The notes: generated by a model not told the origin, from the sequence alone. Counted from the first letter of the stretch, positions 1 through 8,602 are shown. The stretch: DNA of 64,000 bases from Candidatus Eiseniibacteriota bacterium (GCA_963725865.1 CAVSAC010000010.1:160001-224000); one strand, 5' to 3'. Program-made: numbers and translations.

Positions 1-912
1 GCCCGGCTTCTGCAGGATGTGCTGGTGCTGCGGCCCGATCTTGCCGATGTCGTGCACCAGCGCCGCGTATTCGATCTCCTCGACGTCGCGCTCGCGCAGC
101 CGCAGTCCCCGCGCCAGCCGCACCGCGTACTCCGCCACCCGGACGGAGTGGTGACGCGTGTACGGGTCCACCTCCTCCAGCACCTCCGAGAGCGCCCGGA
201 CGAAGTCCTTCAGGTCGGCGTGGATCTCCATGTAGAGGCGGAACGAGTGCCGCGCCACCACGAACGGGATCCCGCACAGCACGAAGCCCCACACCCCGAC
301 GCTCAGGTAGGTCACCGCGACCAGCGTGCCGAGGGCCACGAACGACAGGTGATGCAGCAGGCTGTGGAGGAAGTTGCGTTGCCACACCCGCCACGGATCC
401 AGCCCCTCGGCGAGCCCGAGGACGATGGACACCAGCGCGGAGTTGACGAGGAAGTAGGTGCCTCCGCACGCCAGCAGCGGCAGCACGTCGCGCGGGAACG
501 CCAGCTCGCCCACGCGCCCACCGGTGGCGGTGAACGCGGCGGCCGCGGCGAAGTAAGTGACCACGTTCGAGGCCGCGTTGAAGACGATCTTGATCGGGGC
601 CTTGCGCTGCACCAGACCCTGGACCACGACGGTGCTGGCGAGATCGAGCGTGGCGGTCCAGAACGGACCCACCAGGACCAGCGCCGGGAGCTCGAGCACG
701 GCGCTCGGCGTGGCGTAGCCGCCGCTCGGCAGGTCGACCGGTCGCGCCTCGCTGAAGACGATGAACAGGAACACGATCGCCATCAGCGCGGGCTGCGCCG
801 GGAGCAGGTGCTGCGCGCCCAGTGACATCAGCGCGAGAGCGCCCGCCAGCACCATCGCGTAGTACAGACCGAAGGGGCCGGGATGCCGGATCGTGGAGGT
901 CGTCGGACTCAC
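1..912 (-). CDS. Polytopic membrane HD-GYP domain protein (putative cyclic-di-nucleotide phosphodiesterase); 3' end runs off the window
   Basis: Not in the ORF track because it has no stop in the window. Manual translation from GTG at 912 gives MSPTTSTIRHPGPFGLYYAMVLAGALALM..., several hydrophobic helices, then LSEVLEEVDPYTRHHSVRVAEYAVRLARGL...EYAALVHDIGKIG...HILQKPG, the classic HD-GYP N-terminal motifs. Start uncertain. Confidence 0.88.
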   Translation of the reverse strand, partial: MSPTTSTIRHPGPFGLYYAMVLAGALALMSLGAQHLLPAQPALMAIVFLFIVFSEARPVDLPSGGYATPSAVLELPALVLVGPFWTATLDLASTVVVQGLVQRKAPIKIVFNAASNVVTYFAAAAAFTATGGRVGELAFPRDVLPLLACGGTYFLVNSALVSIVLGLAEGLDPWRVWQRNFLHSLLHHLSFVALGTLVAVTYLSVGVWGFVLCGIPFVVARHSFRLYMEIHADLKDFVRALSEVLEEVDPYTRHHSVRVAEYAVRLARGLRLRERDVEEIEYAALVHDIGKIGPQHQHILQKPG

Positions 913-1003
913 GCGTCGACTCGGACCAGGGGAGAGGTCGAGGGGCTCAGGTGCGGGGTGGGCGATCAGGTGAGACCGACATCGGGCAGGAGGATCATGC
1001 GCT

Positions 1004-1025
1004 CACCGGGTAGTCCTACCCGGCG
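1004..1025 (-). terminator. RNA hairpin directly after the small-peptide stop (terminator-like or mRNA-stabilising)
   Basis: Minus strand CGCCGGGUA-GGAC-UACCCGGUG: 9-bp stem with one G-U pair and no clear U tract. Confidence 0.5.
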
Positions 1026-1030
1026 CTACT

Positions 1031-1081
1031 TCACCAGCCAGCCTTGCCGAGCAGCTCGACGAGGATCTCGATAATGTCCAC
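1031..1081 (-). CDS. Putative 16-aa small peptide MDIIEILVELLGKAGW
   Basis: AAAGGAGGT Shine-Dalgarno at 1097-1089, 7-nt spacer, GTG at 1081, TGA at 1033-1031, followed by a hairpin. Confidence 0.65.
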   Translation of the reverse strand: MDIIEILVELLGKAGW

Positions 1082-1151
1082 GAAGCCCACCTCCTTTGTG
1101 TGAAGGACTCTGTCAGGAGCGACGCGCTCCTGCAGGTGGGTCCGCTTCGCT

Positions 1152-1967
1152 CTATCGATCTTCGCGCGCTCCGCTCTCCTCCCGGACCGATGCCGGTCTC
1201 AAGACGTACTCCATGGGTTCCTTGGTGCTCATGCCGCCGACCACTCGATTGAGCGCGGCCAGGGTCGCGAGCACCACGGCCTGCTGCGCATCCTGCTCCA
1301 CCGCGCAGCTACCCGCCAGCAACTTCTCCTGCCGGTGCGCCAGCAGCGTCAGGCCCACCACCGCGACCTGCCGCCGGCCGAGCTGCACGAACTCCACCTC
1401 GGCCACCCCGAGCGCGACCTCGTCGTCGAGGAATTCCTGGACGGCGTTGACGGTCGCGGTCGCGATGAGGCGGTGCGCGCCGTCGCGCGTGCTCCAGCCC
1501 GATGCGCTGCCCATGCGGGGCAGGCCCTTCCAGCGCAACTCCACCTGGGCCTGGGCGCGCGTGCCGGCGACGTACAAATTCACGCTGCCGAAGCGGATCC
1601 GCTCGTTGAGCGCGGGCTCCGGCTCGGGCTCGGGCGGCGGTGGGATCGGTGCCGGAACGGGCGCCCGATCCAACTGCGCGATCGGGGCCGGCCGCGGCTC
1701 GCGCGGCGACGGCGCCGCCGCGTCCTCGGGCGTGATGGCGACCACCGAGACGACACGGCGGTCGATCGCGTGCTGGAACCGGGTCAGCAGCAGGGTCTGG
1801 ATGTCGCGGACGATCAGGTTGGGGCGCCGATCCGAGGACGTCACCACGTGGATCTCGCGGATGACGTTCCCGTCGGTCTTGACCGCGACCGCATCCACGT
1901 CGCGCAGCGTGCGGATGGCCGCTTCCATGCGTGCCGACCAGGAGGTGCTGCTCGAATCTACCGTCAC
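1152..1967 (-). CDS. Hypothetical soluble protein: N-terminal EIHV...IVRDIQ domain, Pro-rich linker, C-terminal domain resembling the LeuA allosteric fold
   Basis: ORF 1152..2045; GGAGG followed by GTG at 1967; C-terminus GSCAVEQDAQQAVVLATLAALNR. Confidence 0.75.
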   Translation of the reverse strand: MTVDSSSTSWSARMEAAIRTLRDVDAVAVKTDGNVIREIHVVTSSDRRPNLIVRDIQTLLLTRFQHAIDRRVVSVVAITPEDAAAPSPREPRPAPIAQLDRAPVPAPIPPPPEPEPEPALNERIRFGSVNLYVAGTRAQAQVELRWKGLPRMGSASGWSTRDGAHRLIATATVNAVQEFLDDEVALGVAEVEFVQLGRRQVAVVGLTLLAHRQEKLLAGSCAVEQDAQQAVVLATLAALNRVVGGMSTKEPMEYVLRPASVREESGAREDR

Positions 1968-2066
1968 GAGAGATTCCTCCTGGAGGTGAGCCGGGGGGTC
2001 ACACCTGTGCCGGAAGTCTAGCACAGGCCCGTACGCGCGCGGCAAGGGGCGAGACGGCGGCTCGCC

Positions 2067-3002
2067 TCACGCGTCGAACAGCGGCTCCAGACGGAAGTGC
2101 ACCATCGAGTGGAGCAGCGTGACGCGGCGCTGGATCTCTGCCTGGTCGATCTCGGCGAGGCGGCGCGGACTGAAACCCTCGATCGCGATCGACGCCATCG
2201 CGGTGCCGCATGCCAGCGCCTGGCGGAGCGCGTTGCCGTCCGTGCGCCCGCAGCGCGCGATCCAGCCCAGGAACCCGCCGGCGAACGAATCGCCGGCTCC
2301 GGTCGGATCGGCGAGCGCGTCCACCGGGAACGACGGCGTGATGAACCGCTCCTCCGGCGAGCAGTAGAGCGCGCCGTGCTCGCCCTTCTTGATGATGACC
2401 GCCCGCGCGCCGGCCTCCATCAGCCGATCGGCAGCCTTGACCAGTTGGGTCTCGCCCGCCAGCGCGCGCGCCTCCTCCTCGTTGAGCACCGCGACGTCCA
2501 CCTGGCGCAGCACGTCGAGCACGCGATCGGGCTTGCGCGCGATCCAGTAGTTCATCGTGTCGGCGAGCGTCAGCCGCGGCCGGCGCACCTGCGAGAGCAC
2601 GTGCAGCTGCAGCTCGGGGTCGATGTTGGCGAGGAACACGAACGGGGTCTGGCGATGCGCCGCGTTCAGCTTCGGCTGGAACGCCGAGAACACATTGAGC
2701 TGGGTCTCGAGCGTGTGCGCGTGACCCAGCTCGACGCTGTACTCGCCCCGCCAGCGAAACGTCCGGCCCGGCGCGGTCTCGAGCCCCGCCATGTCGATGT
2801 TCCGCGACCCGAACAGGTCGCGGTGCTCGGGCGGGAAGTCCTCGCCCACCACCGCGACCATGCTCACCGGCGCGAAGTGGCTGGCCGAGACCGAGAAGTA
2901 CGACGCCGACCCGCCGAGCGCTTCGACCGCCTCGCCGTAGGGCGTGCGGACGCTGTCGAGCGCCACCGAGCCGACCACCAGGATGTGGCCCGGGCCGCTC
3001 AT
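2067..3002 (-). CDS. PfkB-family carbohydrate/nucleoside kinase
   Basis: GSVALD, GGSASY and DPTGAGDSFAGG PfkB signature; ATGA overlap with the argS stop. Confidence 0.93.
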   Translation of the reverse strand: MSGPGHILVVGSVALDSVRTPYGEAVEALGGSASYFSVSASHFAPVSMVAVVGEDFPPEHRDLFGSRNIDMAGLETAPGRTFRWRGEYSVELGHAHTLETQLNVFSAFQPKLNAAHRQTPFVFLANIDPELQLHVLSQVRRPRLTLADTMNYWIARKPDRVLDVLRQVDVAVLNEEEARALAGETQLVKAADRLMEAGARAVIIKKGEHGALYCSPEERFITPSFPVDALADPTGAGDSFAGGFLGWIARCGRTDGNALRQALACGTAMASIAIEGFSPRRLAEIDQAEIQRRVTLLHSMVHFRLEPLFDA

Positions 3003-4729
3003 CGCACGGCCTCCTCGTCCTGCTCGGCGCGCTCCATGCGATCCGGCGCCGAGACGCCGAGCAGCGCGAGTCCGTTGCGAAGCACCACGCGGGCCGCCTC
3101 GGCGATCAGCAGCCGCCCGCGCGTCAGCGCGGCGTCGTCCGAGAGCACCCGGCAGTGGTGGTAGAAGCGATGGAAGTCGGCCGCGGTCTCCATCAGGAAC
3201 GCCGGCACACGGTGGGGCTCGCGCGCGAACGCGGCTCCGCGCACGACCTCTGGGAACGACGCCAGCCGCCGCACCAGTGCCAGCTCCTCCGCGGCCGCCA
3301 GCCGCACTGGCCCGTCCCCCGCCCGCACGCCCTGCTCGGCCGCCTTGCGCAGGATGGAGCAGATGCGGGCGTGCGCGTACTGCACGTAGAAGGCGGGATT
3401 CTCGTCGGTCTGGCGCTTGGCGAGATCGAGGTCGAAATCCAGGTGCGCGTTCGTGGTGCGCATCAGGAAGAAGAACTTCGCGCAGTCTGCGCCGACCTCG
3501 TCCACCAGCTCGCGCAGCGTGATGAACTCGCCCTTGCGCTTGCTCATGCGCAGCGGCTGGCCGTCCTTCAGCAGGTTCACCTGCTGGACGATCAGCACCT
3601 GCAGGAAGTCCGGCTCCAGCCCGAGTGCGGCCAGCGAGGCGGCGAGCGTCCTCACGTACGCGTGGTGGTCCGGCCCCCACAGGTTGATGGCGTGGCGGAA
3701 CCCGCGGGCGCGCTTGTCGCGATGGTACGCGGTGTCGGGCAGCAGATAGGTGGGCGCGCCGTTGCTCTTCACCAGCACGCGGTCCTGGCTGTCGCCGAAG
3801 CGCGAGGCGCGCAGCCACGTCGCGGGCTCGGCGGCGTCGGCGAGCGGCGCGTCCGCGGCCCGCTCGTAGCCGGATTCCGGCTGGGCGGCACGGTACGTGA
3901 CTCCGCGCGCCTCGAGCGCCGCCAGGGTCTCCTCCACCGCGCCCGAGCGGTGCACCGTGGACTCCCGGAACCAGCGCGTGAACTCCGCGCCGTAGGCATC
4001 GAGGTCGCGCTTCTGCCAGGCCAGCATGCGCTCGAGCGCCTGGTCGCGGAACCAGCCCGCCCCGCCGGGCGCCGCGAGGGCGGCCCGCGCCGCTGCGGGA
4101 TCGAGCTCGGCCGCGACGTCGCGCAGGTACTCGCCCAGGTAGCCCTGCTCCGGGAACGGCCGCTCGAGACCGTGCGCCTCGGCGAAGCGCGCGGCGACCG
4201 ACTCACCCAGCAGGTCGACCTGGTTGCCGGAGTCGTTGACGTAGAACTCGCCCTCGGCCCGGTGCCCGGTGGCCGCCAGCAGTCGCACCAGCGCCGCTCC
4301 GACCGCCGCGGCGCGCGCGCTCACGACGTTGAGCGGGCCGGTCGGGTTCGCGCTCACGTACTCCACGAGCACCGGCGTCCCGTCGACGTGGGCGTGGCGG
4401 CCGAAGCCTTCGCCGGCGCCGGCGATGCGGGCCGGCAGCCCGTCGAGGAAGGCATCGCTGTAGCGGAAGTTCAGGAACCCCGGCCCCGCGACCTCGACCG
4501 CCCCGAACACCGCCGGGTCCAGCGGGAACGCCGGGGCGATGCGCTCGGCCAGCGCCCGCGGCGGTTGGCCCACCTCCTTCGCGATCAGCAGCGCGAGGTT
4601 GGTGGTCCAGTCGCCGTGCGAGCGTTCGCGCGGGATCGCCAGCTCGAGGCGCGCGATGCGTTCGGGGGTGTGGAGCCCGAGCGCGCGCAGCGCGGTCGCC
4701 AGGCCGTCACTCAGCGAGGTCCAGACCAA
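2999..4729 (-). CDS. argS: Arginine--tRNA ligase
   Basis: HGDWTTN, VAGPGFLNF, EYVSANPTGP, WGPDHH, MSKRKG and YVQYAHARICS motifs, plus a DALR-type C-terminus. Confidence 0.97.
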   Translation of the reverse strand: MVWTSLSDGLATALRALGLHTPERIARLELAIPRERSHGDWTTNLALLIAKEVGQPPRALAERIAPAFPLDPAVFGAVEVAGPGFLNFRYSDAFLDGLPARIAGAGEGFGRHAHVDGTPVLVEYVSANPTGPLNVVSARAAAVGAALVRLLAATGHRAEGEFYVNDSGNQVDLLGESVAARFAEAHGLERPFPEQGYLGEYLRDVAAELDPAAARAALAAPGGAGWFRDQALERMLAWQKRDLDAYGAEFTRWFRESTVHRSGAVEETLAALEARGVTYRAAQPESGYERAADAPLADAAEPATWLRASRFGDSQDRVLVKSNGAPTYLLPDTAYHRDKRARGFRHAINLWGPDHHAYVRTLAASLAALGLEPDFLQVLIVQQVNLLKDGQPLRMSKRKGEFITLRELVDEVGADCAKFFFLMRTTNAHLDFDLDLAKRQTDENPAFYVQYAHARICSILRKAAEQGVRAGDGPVRLAAAEELALVRRLASFPEVVRGAAFAREPHRVPAFLMETAADFHRFYHHCRVLSDDAALTRGRLLIAEAARVVLRNGLALLGVSAPDRMERAEQDEEAVR

Positions 4730-5090
4730 GGTCCACTCTCCGAGCGTCGCCCCACAGGCGGTCGAGCAGGTAGTAATCGCGGGTCTTCTCGTGGAACACG
4801 TGCACCACCACGTGGACGTAGTCGAGCAGTACCCAGCGCCGTCCTTCGCGGCCCTCGATGTGCCACGGCCGCACGCCGTGTTCGCGCAGCACGTCCTCGA
4901 TGTGCTCCGCCACGGCCCGCACCTGCGGCTCGCTCGTGCACGAGCACAGGAAGAAGTAGTCGCACACCCCCTCGAGTCCCTTCAGGTCGAGCGCGAGCGG
5001 GTCGCGGGCCTTCTTGGCGACGGCCGCCTCGGCGGCGAGGCGGAGAACGTCGATCGACGGCATGGGCCGGGAGGCACGGGGCGTCGTCAT
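4707..5090 (-). CDS. rsfS: Ribosome silencing factor (Iojap)
   Basis: CDYFFLCS...QVRAVAEHI...WVLLDYVHVVVHVF...YYLLDRLW; start uncertain. Confidence 0.95.
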   Translation of the reverse strand: MTTPRASRPMPSIDVLRLAAEAAVAKKARDPLALDLKGLEGVCDYFFLCSCTSEPQVRAVAEHIEDVLREHGVRPWHIEGREGRRWVLLDYVHVVVHVFHEKTRDYYLLDRLWGDARRVDLGLDLAE

Positions 5091-5109
5091 GGGCGGTCGC
5101 GGCGCGCGC

Positions 5110-6090
5110 TCAATGGTCACGCCGGACGGCGTAGTCGCAGGCGCGGGCGAGCGCGGTGCGCGACACCCCCGCGGGCTCCGCGGCCAGCAGGGCGCGCGCC
5201 TGGTCCGCGAGCAGATCCGCCCGCCGGCGCGCGTAGGCGAAGCCGCCCGACTTCTCGACCAGCTGGCGCAGCTGGTTCCACTGCGCGGGCGTCCAGCGCT
5301 TGCGCAGCGCGAGCTGGCGCAGCCGGCGCCGGTCGGCCTCGCTGGCGTCCCGCAGCGCGGCGATCAGCGGCAGCGTGACCTTGCCCTCCGCGAGGTCGTA
5401 GCCCACCGGCTTGCCGGTGGTCTCGGGCTCGCCCAGGTAGTCGAACAGGTCATCCACGACCTGGAACGCGATCCCGACCCGGGCGCCGAACTCGCGGAAG
5501 CGCACGCGGGCGGGGGCGTCGCGCCGCAGGCCCTCGTGCCCGGCGCCCAGCTCCGTCGCGGCGGCGATCAGCGAGCCGGTCTTCGCGCGGATCAGCTCCT
5601 CGTACTGCTGCTCGGTCACGTCGAGGTCGTAGGCGTACTGGAACTCGAGCGCCTCGCCGAACGTCATCTCGGTCACCACGCGCGCCAGCACCTCCTGCGC
5701 CAGCTCGAGGTGGTGCTCGACCAGCATCGCCATCGACTGCGCGTAGAGGTAGTCGCCCATGATGATCGCCATCTCGTCGGTCCACAGTCCGTTGACGGTC
5801 GGCATGCCGCGGCGCAGCCCGCTCTTGTCCACCGAGTCGTCGTGGATGAGGGCCGCAGCGTGGATCATCTCGACCACCGTCGCGCAGGTGACGGCGTCGT
5901 CGTCGAGCTTGCCGCGCAGCCGGGCCACCAGCAGCAGCAGCGTGGGGCGGAACTTCTTGCCCCGGGTCGCCAGCACGTGGCCGCCGACCTGGTTCATGAT
6001 CGGAATCGGGGTGCGGAAGAGCTCGCGGAGACGGGTCTGCACCCGCTCCAGCTCGCGCCGCACCGGCTTCTGAACTGCCGCAATGGACAT
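5110..6090 (-). CDS. Long-chain trans-polyprenyl diphosphate synthase (IspB/HepT-like)
   Basis: GKKFRP, LIHDDSVD...RRG, KTG, FQVVDDLFD and GKPVGYDLAEGKVTLP motifs. Confidence 0.95.
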   Translation of the reverse strand: MSIAAVQKPVRRELERVQTRLRELFRTPIPIMNQVGGHVLATRGKKFRPTLLLLVARLRGKLDDDAVTCATVVEMIHAAALIHDDSVDKSGLRRGMPTVNGLWTDEMAIIMGDYLYAQSMAMLVEHHLELAQEVLARVVTEMTFGEALEFQYAYDLDVTEQQYEELIRAKTGSLIAAATELGAGHEGLRRDAPARVRFREFGARVGIAFQVVDDLFDYLGEPETTGKPVGYDLAEGKVTLPLIAALRDASEADRRRLRQLALRKRWTPAQWNQLRQLVEKSGGFAYARRRADLLADQARALLAAEPAGVSRTALARACDYAVRRDH

Positions 6091-6151
6091 GCGGGTCGGC
6101 TCCCGGGGCGGTGAAGGCGCCCCACCCTCCGATCGTGGAAAAGCGGCGGGC

Positions 6152-6181
6152 AGTCTACGGGCCACGTGAGAAGGGTGTCAA
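6152..6181 (-). promoter_or_regulatory. Sigma70-type promoter for the polyprenyl synthase-rsfS-argS-pfkB unit
   Basis: TTGACA-N18-TAGACT. Confidence 0.65.
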
Positions 6182-7617
6182 GACTCACGCCCCTGCGTGG
6201 TGCGCATCGTGGAGAGCCGCGCGAGCAGGTGCTCTCGCACGTTCGCCGCGGGATCGTCGAGGACCTCCTGCAGCAGGGTCTCGAGGGCGGCGCCCACCGC
6301 CGGTCCGGGCGGGATCGCGAGCGCGCGCATGACGTCTTCTCCGTTCACGGCCAGGTCGCTCACGTGCAGCGCGTGCGACTCGGTCATCATCCGCTCGAGC
6401 CGCTCGCGCATCGCCTCGAGGTGGGCCGGGAAACCCTCCCGCGTGCCGTTGCCGATGCCGTCCGCGAGCCGCAGGTCGAACAGATCCGCGACCGCGTCCT
6501 CGCCGACGCGCCGCAGCCAGCGGCGGAGCGCCGCGTCGCTCCACGCCGGCCGGTAGTCGAACATGTGCTCGCGCACCAGGTGGACGATCGCGCGGCGATC
6601 CTCGTTCGGGAATCGCAGGCGCGCGAGCAGCTGGTCCGCCAGCTCGGCCCCCACCCGCTCGTGTCCGTAGAACGTGCCGTCGCCGTGACGCACCACCCGG
6701 GTGAGCGGCTTGCCGATGTCGTGCAGCAGGGCCGCCCAGCGAACCCACGACTTGTCGGCCGGCGCGGCATCGCAGGTGAACAGGCTGTGCCGGTAGACGT
6801 CCCAGGCGTGGAAGCGGTTCTGCGGCACCGCCACGCAGGCCGCGAGCTCGGGCAGCCACAGCTCGAGCAGCCCCGCCGGACGCAGCAGCTCCAACCCGAC
6901 GGACGGGCGCGGGGCGCGCAGCATGCGATCGAGCTCCTCGCGCACGCGTTCGACCGCCACCTGGGCGCTGCGCTCGCGCGCCGCGCCCAGCGCCGCGCGC
7001 GTCTCCGGCGCCGGCGTCATCTCGAGCTGGGCGGCCAGCCGCGCGAGCCGCAGCGGTCGCAGCCCGTCCTCCCGGAAGCGCTGCACCGGATCGCCCACCG
7101 CGCGCAGCACGCGGTGCTCGAGGTCGGCGAGCCCGCCGAACGGATCCAGCAGCACGCCGCTGTGGGGGTCGAACGCGAGCGCGTTGACGGTCAGGTCGCG
7201 CCGCGCGAGATCGGCCCGCACGTCGTCGGTGAACTCGACGTGATCGGGATGCCGCGCGTCCGCGTAGGCACCCTCGCGTCGCAGCGTCGTGACCTCGAGC
7301 CGCGCGTCCGCGGCCAGCACGAGCACCGTGCCGTGCGCGATCCCGATCGGCTCCACGCGCGCGAAGCGCGCGGTCACCTGCGCCGGCTTCAGGTCGGTGG
7401 CGACGTCGAACACCGCGTCGGCTCCCGCGCCCTCGCGTCCGAGCAGCGCATCGCGTACCGTGCCCCCCACCAGCCAGGCCTGATGGCCGTCGGACCGCAG
7501 TCGCGCGAGCGCGGCCAGCAGCGCGGGCGACCACGGGTGCGCCGCCAGCCGCTCGCGAGCGGGGCCCTGCACCGGCTCGCCGGCTCCCGCCGGCGCGGGT
7601 CTCGAAGGAGGATTCAT
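6178..7617 (-). CDS. cca: Class II tRNA nucleotidyltransferase (CCA-adding family) with HD domain
   Basis: LVGGTVRD, DLARRDLTVNA, EDGLRPLR, ERVREEL, LLHDIGKP and FYGHE motifs; start uncertain. Confidence 0.9.
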   Translation of the reverse strand: MNPPSRPAPAGAGEPVQGPARERLAAHPWSPALLAALARLRSDGHQAWLVGGTVRDALLGREGAGADAVFDVATDLKPAQVTARFARVEPIGIAHGTVLVLAADARLEVTTLRREGAYADARHPDHVEFTDDVRADLARRDLTVNALAFDPHSGVLLDPFGGLADLEHRVLRAVGDPVQRFREDGLRPLRLARLAAQLEMTPAPETRAALGAARERSAQVAVERVREELDRMLRAPRPSVGLELLRPAGLLELWLPELAACVAVPQNRFHAWDVYRHSLFTCDAAPADKSWVRWAALLHDIGKPLTRVVRHGDGTFYGHERVGAELADQLLARLRFPNEDRRAIVHLVREHMFDYRPAWSDAALRRWLRRVGEDAVADLFDLRLADGIGNGTREGFPAHLEAMRERLERMMTESHALHVSDLAVNGEDVMRALAIPPGPAVGAALETLLQEVLDDPAANVREHLLARLSTMRTTQGRES

Positions 7618-7620
7618 CCG

Positions 7621-8079
7621 ATGCGCGCCCCCGCGTGGGCTCTCACCCTGGTCGTGCTGCCGCTGGTGGTTTCCGCCGCGCGCGCCGTCCCAGCGGCGCC
7701 CGCGGCGAGCGCGCCCCGCGCGACGCTCGCGCTGGCCGCGCCGTCCTGGCTGGCGCCCATGGGAGTGCCCGCGCTGGCAGCGGCGTCCGCGCGACCGCCG
7801 GACTCCGCCGTCGTGCTGCCCGCCGCACCGGTGCGCGCCTGGACGTCGGGCGCGCTGCGCGCCGACCGCCTGCAGCACGCCTCGCTCGCGCTCACGATCG
7901 GGCTCGCCGCTGGACTCGCCAGCCGCCGGCCCGCCCTCGCGGCCGGCACCGCGTCGGCACTCGGCGTGCTGAAGGAACTTCGCGACCGGCGCCGCGGCGG
8001 GCGCTTCGATGCCGGCGATCTCGCCGCCGACGCGATCGGAGCCGCGCTCGCCGCCTGGCTCACCCACGCCCTCGACTGA
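7621..8079 (+). CDS. YfiM/DUF2279-like membrane or secreted protein
   Basis: Signal-like N-terminus; DRLQH...GVLKELRD...FDAGDLAADAIG matches the D-K-x-x-H / KE-x-x-D / DL-x-A-D pattern of this family. Confidence 0.7.
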   Translation: MRAPAWALTLVVLPLVVSAARAVPAAPAASAPRATLALAAPSWLAPMGVPALAAASARPPDSAVVLPAAPVRAWTSGALRADRLQHASLALTIGLAAGLASRRPALAAGTASALGVLKELRDRRRGGRFDAGDLAADAIGAALAAWLTHALD

Positions 8080-8091
8080 GCCCGCGGCGGG

Positions 8092-8508
8092 TCAAGGCTC
8101 GATCGGCTTGCCGCCCCCGCTGCTCGTGTTCCCCTTCTTGTCGCCCGCCTTGCTGGCAAGACCGACCGCGACGCCGCCCGCGATCACGCCGCCGCCGATC
8201 AGCGCCGTGCGTCGCCAGTCGACCGCGCGGGCCTGCAGGTTCGCGATGTCCTCGAACGGGATGCGCAGCACCGCGAAGTCCTCGAAGCGACCTTCGACGT
8301 CGCGGCTCCGATAGCCGACCAGGCTGTCGCCGTCGACGTGCGCGTAGTCGAACTCGTACTCGAGTCCGTCACGGGTGGTCACCCGGACGTCGCGGCGATC
8401 GGGGCGGCCGGCGTAGTCGGAACGGGGGATCTCGCGCAGCGAGGTGCAACCCGCGGCGGCCAGGCACAGCAGCGCCGCGGCGAGCCGCAGCGTACGGCGT
8501 TGGAACAT
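8092..8508 (-). CDS. Hypothetical lipoprotein
   Basis: GGGGAGG SD; MFQRRTLRLAAALLCLAAAG-C lipobox; C-terminal hydrophobic Gly-rich segment. Confidence 0.75.
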   Translation of the reverse strand: MFQRRTLRLAAALLCLAAAGCTSLREIPRSDYAGRPDRRDVRVTTRDGLEYEFDYAHVDGDSLVGYRSRDVEGRFEDFAVLRIPFEDIANLQARAVDWRRTALIGGGVIAGGVAVGLASKAGDKKGNTSSGGGKPIEP

Positions 8509-8602
8509 CGGGAACCCGTCCTCCCCGGTCGGGTGGTGACTCACGGCGGCCCGCCGCAAGACTACCGCAATCGGACCCCCGATGCGCGGCGGCGGCGGTG
8601 CC

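Noticed and set aside
19..825. 268-aa + strand ORF and the many other long + strand ORFs (e.g. 28224-31076, 30662-33877, 34473-38030)
   Set aside because: They are antisense shadows of well-supported minus-strand genes. High GC suppresses stop codons, and they contain no recognisable motifs.
966..998. Second mini-ORF MILLPDVGLT* between the peptide hairpin and the HD-GYP gene
   Set aside because: No SD and no other support; expected by chance.
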